From the NCBI GenBank assembly GCA_017454295.1, contig JAFTDF010000004.1:118776-182775 (forward strand): DNA of 64,000 nucleotides. The letters run 5' to 3'. Shown piece after piece: positions 36,354 to 44,649 of the stretch. The translations under genes were made by a program, and so were the position numbers. Position 1 is the stretch's first letter, and every line of letters begins with the position of its first letter. The notes beneath the pieces were generated by a model. That model was not told the origin of the DNA. It saw nothing but the letters and a program-made list of their open reading frames with translations, and did not search any database. This stretch comes from Bacilli bacterium (lineage in GTDB: Bacteria; Bacillota_I; Bacilli_A; RFN20; CAG-826).

Positions 36354-37673
36354 TTATTTCCCTAGGAAATCGATGATTTGCTCGGCCATGTAATCCAACA
36401 TCTCGTGGGTCATACCGGGATAGACGCCGATCCAGAAGGAATTGTTCATGATTTCATCGGTGACCTTCAAATCACCGACGACGCGGTAACCTTCCCCGCT
36501 TTCCCGCATCTGATCGAAGCAAGGATGGCGGAGCAAGTTCCCGGCAAAGAGGTTGCGGGTTTGGACACCATGGGATTCGAGATAACCGGTCATGTCGTTG
36601 CGGGTATAGGGCGCTTTCACATAGATGAGGAAGCCAAACCAGGAAGGATCGGCATTCTTCGTCGGCTCGGGAAGGATGATCTTATCGGCAACGCATTCGA
36701 GTTTTTCACGGAGATATTTCCAGTTCTCTTTACGCTTCTCGATGAAACCAGGGAGCTTTTCCAACTGGGCCACACCAACCGCGGCTTGCATCTCGGTAAT
36801 CTTGAGGTTGTAGCCGAATTCGGAATAGACGTATTTATGGTCAAAACCATAAGGCAAAGTGCCAAATTGACCGGTAAAGCGATGGCCGCAGAAATTATCT
36901 TTGCCCGAGGGGCAGATGCAATCGCGCCCCCAATCACGGAAGGATTTGCAGATACGGTTCAATAACGGATTGTTGGTATAGACGGCACCACCTTCGCCCA
37001 TCGTCATATGGTGGGCGGGATAGAAGGAGGAGGTTCCGATGTCGCCAATGGTGCCGGTATATTTCCATTCACCATCGATGAAATACTTGGTGCCTAAGGC
37101 ATCGCAGTTATCCTCAATCAACCAAAGGTTGTGCTTTTTGCAGAAATCGCGGACCGCCAAAAGGTCAAAGGCGTTGCCTAAGGTATGGGCGATCATGACC
37201 GCCTTGGTCTTGGGGCTAAGGGCCGCTTCCAATTGGTCGACGTCGATTTCATAACTGGGGAGTTTCACGTCGACGAAAACGGGAACGGCACCGTATTGGA
37301 TCATCGGGGTGACGGTGGTCGGGAAGCCGCAGGCAACGGTAATGACTTCGTCGCCGCGTTTGATTTGCCGTTCTTTTAAAGAAGGGGAAGTCAGCGTCAT
37401 AAACGCCAAAAGGTTAGCGCTAGACCCGGAAGTCGTCGCCAAGCAGAAGCGGGCACCGAGGAACTTCGCGAAATTCTTCTCGAACATCTCCACATAGCGG
37501 CCGGCGGTCAACCAAAAATCCAATGAGCTATCAACCAAATTCACCATTTCCTTCTCGTCGTAAACACGAGAGGCGTAGTGAATATAATCGCCTTTCACAT
37601 AAGGCTTTTTGTGGGCTTGTTGCTCTTGGAAATACTCCTTAACCAATACAAGGATTTGCTGACGTTTGTCCAT
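36354..37673 (-). CDS. rfbH: CDP-4-keto-6-deoxy-D-glucose 3-dehydrase (E1; RfbH/DdhC/AscC family, PMP and 2Fe-2S dependent)
   Basis: DegT fold with His in place of the PLP lysine (FYPAHHMTMGEGG) and a C-x-C-x7-C cluster motif (DCICPSGKDNFC); 439 aa. Confidence 0.8.
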   Translation of the reverse strand: MDKRQQILVLVKEYFQEQQAHKKPYVKGDYIHYASRVYDEKEMVNLVDSSLDFWLTAGRYVEMFEKNFAKFLGARFCLATTSGSSANLLAFMTLTSPSLKERQIKRGDEVITVACGFPTTVTPMIQYGAVPVFVDVKLPSYEIDVDQLEAALSPKTKAVMIAHTLGNAFDLLAVRDFCKKHNLWLIEDNCDALGTKYFIDGEWKYTGTIGDIGTSSFYPAHHMTMGEGGAVYTNNPLLNRICKSFRDWGRDCICPSGKDNFCGHRFTGQFGTLPYGFDHKYVYSEFGYNLKITEMQAAVGVAQLEKLPGFIEKRKENWKYLREKLECVADKIILPEPTKNADPSWFGFLIYVKAPYTRNDMTGYLESHGVQTRNLFAGNLLRHPCFDQMRESGEGYRVVGDLKVTDEIMNNSFWIGVYPGMTHEMLDYMAEQIIDFLGK

Positions 37674-37754
37674 AGGGTTCTCCGTAAAGTTTCTTTAAGA
37701 AAGCGACCCCATTTTATACTAATCGCCAAGGGAAAACCACCATGCGTTATGCGT

Positions 37755-37777
37755 AAACAAAAAGGCGGATAACCGCC
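37755..37777 (-). terminator. intrinsic terminator after rfbG (GGCGG-ttat-CCGCC then TTTTTGTTT on the minus strand)
   Basis: Seen directly. It separates rfbF-rfbG from rfbH, which has its own TATAAAAT plus GGAG start region. Confidence 0.5.
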
Positions 37778-37784
37778 TTTGGTA

Positions 37785-38852
37785 TTAATTTTGGAAGAAT
37801 TCCCGGATTTCCTTGTCGGTTTCTTCGAGTAGGGCTTTCCGGTCTCCGGAGAGATAGACTTTCGTCCAATCGGCGACGAGCTTAAGGGCTTCGTCGATAT
37901 GGGTCCTCGGCTTCCAGCCAAAGACCCGTTTAATCTTCCCTGCGTCAAGTTTGAGGAAGTTGGCTTCGTGAGGGCCATTTGGATCCCCCACTTCCCAAGT
38001 GGCCTCGGGGCCATAAATCGCATCGAATTTTTGGATGAGATCACCTGTGGTGACGCAATCGCAATCGTCTGGTCCGACATTGTAATAGCCTGCGTGCGAG
38101 AAATCCTCATATTGGGCTTGGGCGATGGTCAGATAAACAAGCAACGGTTCCAGAACGTGCTCATAGGGGCGGGTGGAATTGGGATTACGGACAAATAGAG
38201 GTTTTCCCGCTTCGATGGCGCGGACGGCATCCGGAATGATACGGTCTAAAGCGAAATCCCCACCGCCGATGACGTTGCCGGCGCGGCAAGTAGAAACCGG
38301 AAGTTTAATCGGGTCGAAGAATGACTTCTTGTAAGAATGAGTCACGAGTTCCGAACAAGATTTGGAATTGGAGTAGGGATCGTACCCATCCAAAGGCTCG
38401 TCTTCGGTGAAGGCATGACCAGGGATATCGTTATTCAAATAGACCTTATCGGTGGTGACGTTGACCACGGATTTAACAAAGTTGGAGGTGCGCACCGCTT
38501 CCATCACATTCGCAGTGCCGATGACATTGGTTTCGTAGGTATATAGGGGTTCTTGATAAGACAAACGCACCAAAGGTTGAGCCGCCAAATGGAGGATGAT
38601 TTCCGGCTTATATTCATCCACGACCGCCTTAAAATGGGGATAATCGCGGATATCGCCGATGATGGAAATCATCTGGTCTTTTAGGCCAAGCAAGTCGAAT
38701 AAAGCGGGTTTGGTCGGGGGTTCCAAAGAATACCCCACCACTTTGGCACCGGCCAAAATCAAGATTCTCGATAACCAAGAACCTTTAAAGCCGGTATGAC
38801 CGGTGATGAGGACGGTTTTTCCTTTGTAAAAGGATAAGCTGAAATTAGTCAT
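37785..38852 (-). CDS. rfbG: CDP-glucose 4,6-dehydratase
   Basis: TGHTGFKGSWL Rossmann motif and YxxxK region. Start taken at MTNFSLSF (ATGACTAA overlap with the rfbF stop). The track M1 start 21 nt upstream is possible. Confidence 0.8.
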   Translation of the reverse strand: MTNFSLSFYKGKTVLITGHTGFKGSWLSRILILAGAKVVGYSLEPPTKPALFDLLGLKDQMISIIGDIRDYPHFKAVVDEYKPEIILHLAAQPLVRLSYQEPLYTYETNVIGTANVMEAVRTSNFVKSVVNVTTDKVYLNNDIPGHAFTEDEPLDGYDPYSNSKSCSELVTHSYKKSFFDPIKLPVSTCRAGNVIGGGDFALDRIIPDAVRAIEAGKPLFVRNPNSTRPYEHVLEPLLVYLTIAQAQYEDFSHAGYYNVGPDDCDCVTTGDLIQKFDAIYGPEATWEVGDPNGPHEANFLKLDAGKIKRVFGWKPRTHIDEALKLVADWTKVYLSGDRKALLEETDKEIREFFQN

Positions 38853-39621
38853 CCCAGGTCTTCCACGGGGCATCGCCCTCTTCCCACAGCTGCTCTAAGT
38901 AATCCTTATCGCGCTTGGTATCCATGCACTGCCAGAATCCTTTGTGATGGTAGGCAGCAGCCTTCTTGTCGGCGACGAGTTTGCCAATGGGGCCTTTTTC
39001 GAAGACCGTTTTATCCCCGGCGATGTATTTGATGACTTCCGGTTCGCAAACCATGAAACCGCCGTTGATCAAGGAACCATCTTGAATGGACTTTTCGCGG
39101 AACGCTTCAAGGGTTCCGTCTTTTCCGACTTCGATAATACCTTTGGTTTGGGACAAAGCGATGGAGGTGATGGTAATGGCCTTGCCGGTTTTCTTATGGA
39201 AGGCGAGAAGCTTATTTAAATCCACATCAGAAACGGCATCACCATAAGTCAGCATAAACGGCTCATTGCCGATATATTCCGCTGCCCGCTTGATACGACC
39301 GCCGGTCATGGTATTGAGCCCGGTGTCGAGAACGGTGACACGCCAAGGCTCGGCATGCTTTGCATGGACGATGACTTCATTATTCACCATATCGAAGGTG
39401 ACGTCGGAATGATGAAGGAAATAATTATTGAAATATTCCTTAATGACATATTGCTTATAGCCACCAAGAATCACGAAGTCATTGAAACCGTATTCGGAAT
39501 AATGCTTCATGATGTGCCAAATGATCGGCATATTGCCGATTTCAATCATGGGTTTGGGTTTGAACTGGGATTCTTCGCTGATGCGGGTCCCGTAACCACC
39601 GGCAAGGATTAATACTTTCAC
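38845..39621 (-). CDS. rfbF: glucose-1-phosphate cytidylyltransferase
   Basis: ILAGGYGTRI motif and the cytidylyltransferase-specific insertion WRVTVLDTGLNTMTGGRIKR; 258 aa. Confidence 0.85.
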   Translation of the reverse strand: MKVLILAGGYGTRISEESQFKPKPMIEIGNMPIIWHIMKHYSEYGFNDFVILGGYKQYVIKEYFNNYFLHHSDVTFDMVNNEVIVHAKHAEPWRVTVLDTGLNTMTGGRIKRAAEYIGNEPFMLTYGDAVSDVDLNKLLAFHKKTGKAITITSIALSQTKGIIEVGKDGTLEAFREKSIQDGSLINGGFMVCEPEVIKYIAGDKTVFEKGPIGKLVADKKAAAYHHKGFWQCMDTKRDKDYLEQLWEEGDAPWKTWDD

Positions 39622-39740
39622 AAAGACACCTCTCGGATATTCGTGGACAAATTATATCAAATTGTCTCATTTAGATAAAAGCGAATCGACGCAAACCAAT
39701 CCCATTGGATTCGAATAATATTCGAAATGTAAAAGAGCTT

Positions 39741-41003
39741 CTATTCTTGGCTTTCCGGGTTCTCATTGGAAACGCGGCAGTTTTTGTTTTCCAAGACAAC
39801 AATCAAAACGAGACACAATGCGACTTCCACGCCTTCTGCAATCACCAAAGCATAAGACATCCCATCCATATAGAGCCCCTGGCACATCGGATAGGATATC
39901 GCCGCGCAGATGGCCAACCCCAGCGCAGCGGCAATCATCGTTTCCTTCCGCTTTCCCATGGCTCCCAAAATCTGCGTGACCACCGTCACCATCGCCGTGA
40001 AGGAGGTGGCGATGATGGCGCCTTTGAACACATAGGCATAGGGCATGATGATGTCACCGTAAACAAGTTTCAAAGCCCAGTCGCCGAGCCAAACGACGCC
40101 CAAGAACACCGCAGAGCAGAATGCAATCGCGACGAACACCACAAGCCCTGTGAATTTGAGAAAACCAGCCTTCTCTTTTTGCTCGTGGAGTTTGGCAAAA
40201 CGCGGCACCAGAGGCAGCATGACGGCGGACGCAACCGTCTGAATCAAAACGGCGATGTTCGCAATGGACGAGTAATAGCCAAGCTGTTCCGTGTCATAGA
40301 TTTTTTCAAAGAAAATACGGGGAAGCGAAGGCAATACGTTAGAAAGCAGCAAGAGAACGAAAAGCGGGAAGCAAGAAATCAAAACGGATTTGAGGGTTTT
40401 CCACGAATAAGCACGCCACTGAATGCGGAAACCAACCGCCTTTTTCGCCACGAATATATCCACCAAAGCCATGGCAATCCCGACCAAGGAAAGACCGATC
40501 AACGACCAGATCAACGATTTCGTCAAAACGGCAATCGCGGCGAAGATCCCCACGGAAAAAAGGCCTTTAATCGTCAACGTGATGCCACCCAAATATAGTT
40601 TGGAGTGCTTTTGCAAAACGCCTTGGTAGATATCGGAGACCAATTCGGTCCCTTTATAGACGTAATAAATCATGATGGCTGCGATGATCGACCAGGAGTA
40701 TTGCAAAGCAAGGCAATAGCCAAAGCAAATGAGAAAGCTGATTCCGGTGAGGATGAAACGAGAAATCACGTAATCGCTATCCGAATGTTCGTTGTTGACG
40801 TCGGCGGCATACCTCAATCGGAGATAATAGTTCCCAAACGACATCGCGATATTCGAAGCGACCAAGGCAAGGGTCAGCACACCCTGTGCCTCGACACTGA
40901 TGAATTTGGTGGTGAAAACCGTAATCAGCCAAAGCCCAAACAAATAGGCGAACTGCCCGATGAGGTTCCAAATCAACTCTTTACCTAAAGCACCCTTTTT
41001 CAT
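39741..41003 (-). CDS. polysaccharide flippase of the MOP/Wzx family
   Basis: 420 aa with 12 predicted TM helices, in glycan-locus context. Confidence 0.65.
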   Translation of the reverse strand: MKKGALGKELIWNLIGQFAYLFGLWLITVFTTKFISVEAQGVLTLALVASNIAMSFGNYYLRLRYAADVNNEHSDSDYVISRFILTGISFLICFGYCLALQYSWSIIAAIMIYYVYKGTELVSDIYQGVLQKHSKLYLGGITLTIKGLFSVGIFAAIAVLTKSLIWSLIGLSLVGIAMALVDIFVAKKAVGFRIQWRAYSWKTLKSVLISCFPLFVLLLLSNVLPSLPRIFFEKIYDTEQLGYYSSIANIAVLIQTVASAVMLPLVPRFAKLHEQKEKAGFLKFTGLVVFVAIAFCSAVFLGVVWLGDWALKLVYGDIIMPYAYVFKGAIIATSFTAMVTVVTQILGAMGKRKETMIAAALGLAICAAISYPMCQGLYMDGMSYALVIAEGVEVALCLVLIVVLENKNCRVSNENPESQE

Positions 41004-41021
41004 GGTTGTTTCTTTCTGGGA

Positions 41022-41933
41022 CTACTTCAAAGACGCGGCGACTTTCCGGATGCCTTCTTCGAAAGAAACGGTTGGGGCCCATCCGGTATCTTTCTTCAGT
41101 TCATCGACATGGGCACACATCTTCATGATTTGGTTGGGGGGATATTCAAGGGCGCCGAATTCGATCGGCAAATTAATGCCGAGCCATTGCGGAATCGGTT
41201 CGACGAAGCTACGAATCGTGCCGGTCACGCCACTGCCAAGTTCATAGGTCTTTCCATCAAGGCCCTTATCCGCGACGGCGGCGATAGCCCGCACCGCATC
41301 TTCGGTGTAGAGGAAATCCCAAATCTGCTCGCATTTAGTGAGTTTGGGAGACTCGCCTTTGAGCAAGGTGCTAACGATATATTGGGTCAACGATCCAGCA
41401 CCGGAAAAGGGACCATAGACCGAGAAAATACGAATCCAATTAAAGCGGATGCCGATCTGGCTGGCTTTGAGTTTTCCAAGCTGTCCCGCGGCGAGTTTGG
41501 CCATGCCGTATCCGGTTACTGGCATTAGCGGGCGATCCTCGGATTCGACGCCCTTGCCGTATTCAGCTTGGGATCCGGCGCCGACGAAGGCCTTGCAGCC
41601 CATACGTTTGGCCAAATCCAGGGCATCCATGACCCCTTTGATGTTTTGCACTTGAAGGGTGGTGTCGTCACGATTGGGGCCGAAGGTTCCGGCCCAGGAT
41701 AGATGAATGAAGGCATCGCAATCGGTGGGAATCTGCATCAGAGATGAATAATCCGTTAGGAGGCAATCGATGAAGGTAATCCGCTCGGGGTGGGAATAGG
41801 CTTTCGGGTTGGTGATTCCCGGCATATTCAGCAGCACACAATCGACGCCTTCCGAAGTGAACAGATTGGTTAAAGCCACGCCAATGGTTCCGGTGGCTCC
41901 CGAGATGACGACTTTTTTCAAATGATATGCCAT
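41022..41933 (-). CDS. NAD(P)-dependent extended-SDR epimerase/reductase (CDP-paratose/abequose-synthase-like or YerF-like)
   Basis: GATGTIG Rossmann motif and a YGMAK catalytic Y-x3-K; 303 aa. Confidence 0.7.
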   Translation of the reverse strand: MAYHLKKVVISGATGTIGVALTNLFTSEGVDCVLLNMPGITNPKAYSHPERITFIDCLLTDYSSLMQIPTDCDAFIHLSWAGTFGPNRDDTTLQVQNIKGVMDALDLAKRMGCKAFVGAGSQAEYGKGVESEDRPLMPVTGYGMAKLAAGQLGKLKASQIGIRFNWIRIFSVYGPFSGAGSLTQYIVSTLLKGESPKLTKCEQIWDFLYTEDAVRAIAAVADKGLDGKTYELGSGVTGTIRSFVEPIPQWLGINLPIEFGALEYPPNQIMKMCAHVDELKKDTGWAPTVSFEEGIRKVAASLK

Positions 41934-42109
41934 AAATCAGCCTCGTTTTGTTGTTTCAAAGGTCCTCCCTATTCTATACCGATTGGAGTTCTCTCCCAAC
42001 TGGCTTTTTCGCAATAACAGGTTTCCTCCTGTTTTCAAATATAGAAAACAAAGGGCTTTTGTAGTAATGTATCCTTGCGATTTGTAAACCACCCACAAAG
42101 GAGATTCCT

Positions 42110-42880
42110 ATGCAAGTAGTCATTTTGGCAGGAGGGGAGGGCATCCACCTTCCGGGCAGCGGCATCACCACCGCCAAGGGTATGGTCAACGTTGGCAATC
42201 AGCCCATTTTGTGCCATATCATGGACCAATTCTCCGCTTATGGCCTCAACGATTTCGTCATTTGCGCCGGCAAACACCAAATGGAAATCAAGCAGTTTTT
42301 CCTCGATTACTATGTCCGAAATAACGATATCCTTGTCGATTTGGGAAGCAATACCGCCACCATTGAAACCAACCGGAAGAAACAATGGCGCGTACGCGTT
42401 GTCGATACTGGCGTCAACGTTGCCACCGGCGGACGCTTGAAGCGGGTGGCTTCCTATTTAAACCCGAAAGAGCCTTGCTTGGTTGCTTATGCTGATACCT
42501 TGGCCGATGTCGATATCAAATCTTTGATTGAACAGCATATTTCTAGCGGAAAAAAGGCAACCATAACCACTTATAACGCCTCCCAGAAATTCGGCGTCGT
42601 CGAAACCAAGCCCGATGGAACCGTCACTCAGTTCCGGAGCCGTAACGCCCAAAGCCTTTCGCTCATTAATATCGGGTTCATGGTTTTGGATCCTTCCGTG
42701 CTTGATTTGATCAACGGAGACGATATCGTCTTGGAAAAATACCCGTTGGAAGAGCTCGCGCGTCAAGGCCAGCTCGGCGCTTATGTCCATGAAGGTTTCT
42801 ACAGCAAACTTGACACATTAAACGACAAAGTCATGCTCGATAACCTCTTTGCAACCGGGCAAATTAAATTCGGTGCCTGA
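42110..42880 (+). CDS. divergent paralogue of glucose-1-phosphate cytidylyltransferase lacking the canonical G-x-G-T-R loop
   Basis: Shares the RfbF-specific insertion (WRVRVVDTGVNVATGGRLKR), but the N-terminus reads ILAGGEGIHLPGSGITTAKG. AAAGGAGA ribosome-binding site. Confidence 0.65.
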   Translation: MQVVILAGGEGIHLPGSGITTAKGMVNVGNQPILCHIMDQFSAYGLNDFVICAGKHQMEIKQFFLDYYVRNNDILVDLGSNTATIETNRKKQWRVRVVDTGVNVATGGRLKRVASYLNPKEPCLVAYADTLADVDIKSLIEQHISSGKKATITTYNASQKFGVVETKPDGTVTQFRSRNAQSLSLINIGFMVLDPSVLDLINGDDIVLEKYPLEELARQGQLGAYVHEGFYSKLDTLNDKVMLDNLFATGQIKFGA

Positions 42881-42882
42881 TT

Positions 42883-44649
42883 ATGACCAAAGGTTTCCTT
42901 TACGACGGACATTTGTTTTACGCGGATCTCTCGTTGGTTTCTTTGGAATCTCACTATCGCCTTTTCACCAAAGACAGTTACGAGGAAATCGTTGAACCGG
43001 AAGATATTTTCCACGCCAAGTCTTTTCGTTTAATCCTCGAGGACTATATCGAAAGTCTCATTGATCAAGACGCTGAACTATATGATTTCTTTGCCCGAGG
43101 GCTCTCAGACCCCATCCGTGGTTTGACGTCATTGACTTCCCTCTTCTCCAACGTAACCAGAACCAACGTCATCAAAGACTATCCCCAATATGAATCCGTT
43201 CTTTCCGACGGCGGCTTGAACTTCATGCGGTTCGTCGAAGGCTTTTTGCGTTTTTATCTATCTCGGGAACGGTTTGGATTCCTCAAAGCCGGACCGGGGA
43301 TGGATTTCGACCGCTTGAAATTGAAACTCCGCACGTTCCGGGCCACCTTGCTTCATCTCTTTCACAAAGTGGAGACCAACGTGCTAGAAAAACCGATTTC
43401 CGTCGAAAGCGAGCTCAATGTCGGCTTCTCCTGTGGACTCCTCGTCGACGATAGCCCCATTCGTTTCGAAGGCAACTATGCTTATCTCAACGATGTTCTC
43501 TTCGTGAAAGACGCCTATCTCGCCTTGCCTTATACGACTTCCACCAAAAAGAATAAACGCATTGGCGTCTATCAGCCCTCCCCCACTCCTTTGGCGAAGG
43601 AGCTGGATATCGATCCTTCCGAATTCCTATGCATCCCCATTTACTGTGGGTCGAGCCTCGTCTACTTTTATTTCAATGTCCATAACCTGAATAACGTCAT
43701 CGGCATTCTCAATCTTTTCACGAAGGTTCCTTATACCGAGCTGGAAGGAAAGAAGCCAGACATCATCGTCATCTTTGGTGGAAATAAAGGCGAATCCACT
43801 GGCACCTACTACTACGATGGGGATGGGGATTTCCTCGTCGGCTATGTTTCCGAAACCGAAGACGCCGATTATTTCGGCTACGTGAAAAAACTCATCCTCA
43901 CTTTGCACAACACGAGGATGATCAACCAAGGGTATCTGCCCATCCACGGCTCGATGATGGATATCATCATGAAGTCCGGCAAAGAAGTCAAAATCGTCAT
44001 CATGGGCGACTCTGGGGCTGGCAAATCCGAATCCATCGAAGCTTTCCGCAAGTTGGCAAAAGAATATCTAAAAGACATCAAAATCATCTTTGACGATATG
44101 GGCACCCTCTTCCTGACCAAGGACGGCGTCCGCGCTAGCGGAACCGAATCCGGCGCTTTTGTCCGTATCGACGACCTCGATATCGGATATGCGTTCTCCC
44201 ATATCAACGATTCCATTATTTATAATGCCGATCGGACCAATGCCCGCATCGTCTACCACGCCACCCCGTATGACGAAGTGGTCACCAAATGGCCCGTCGA
44301 TATCTTCCTTTATGCCAACAACTACGAAAAGAGCGAGGAAGGAATCCGCTTCCCCGAATCTTGGGAAGAAGTGGCCACCATTTGCGAAGAAGGCAAACGC
44401 ATGGCCAAAGGCACCACGGGAGAAGTCGGAATCGTCTCCTCTTATTTCGCCAACCCTTTCGGCCCCGTTCAAAACAAAGAAAAGACCCAAGAGTTGGTTA
44501 AGGAATACTTTGCCACAATGGCCAAGGACGGGACATCGTTAGGCATCATCTATACGCAACTCGGGTTGGAGAATATGAGCAAAATCGGCCCGGAGTTAGC
44601 CGCGAAAAAATTATTTGAATGGATCAATCAAAGCGAGGAAAAGCAATGA
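42883..44649 (+). CDS. 588-aa protein: novel N-terminal domain of about 330 aa fused to an HprK/P-like (PEPCK-fold) P-loop kinase domain
   Basis: The segment LPIHGSMMDIIMKSGKEVKIVIMGDSGAGKSESIEAFRKL...IIFDDMGTLF matches the HprK pattern IHG..v..G.gvLi.GdSGvGKSE..L...GH.LvaDD. Starts 2 nt after the rfbF-paralogue stop; the next gene start overlaps its stop (ATGA). Confidence 0.6.
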   Translation: MTKGFLYDGHLFYADLSLVSLESHYRLFTKDSYEEIVEPEDIFHAKSFRLILEDYIESLIDQDAELYDFFARGLSDPIRGLTSLTSLFSNVTRTNVIKDYPQYESVLSDGGLNFMRFVEGFLRFYLSRERFGFLKAGPGMDFDRLKLKLRTFRATLLHLFHKVETNVLEKPISVESELNVGFSCGLLVDDSPIRFEGNYAYLNDVLFVKDAYLALPYTTSTKKNKRIGVYQPSPTPLAKELDIDPSEFLCIPIYCGSSLVYFYFNVHNLNNVIGILNLFTKVPYTELEGKKPDIIVIFGGNKGESTGTYYYDGDGDFLVGYVSETEDADYFGYVKKLILTLHNTRMINQGYLPIHGSMMDIIMKSGKEVKIVIMGDSGAGKSESIEAFRKLAKEYLKDIKIIFDDMGTLFLTKDGVRASGTESGAFVRIDDLDIGYAFSHINDSIIYNADRTNARIVYHATPYDEVVTKWPVDIFLYANNYEKSEEGIRFPESWEEVATICEEGKRMAKGTTGEVGIVSSYFANPFGPVQNKEKTQELVKEYFATMAKDGTSLGIIYTQLGLENMSKIGPELAAKKLFEWINQSEEKQ

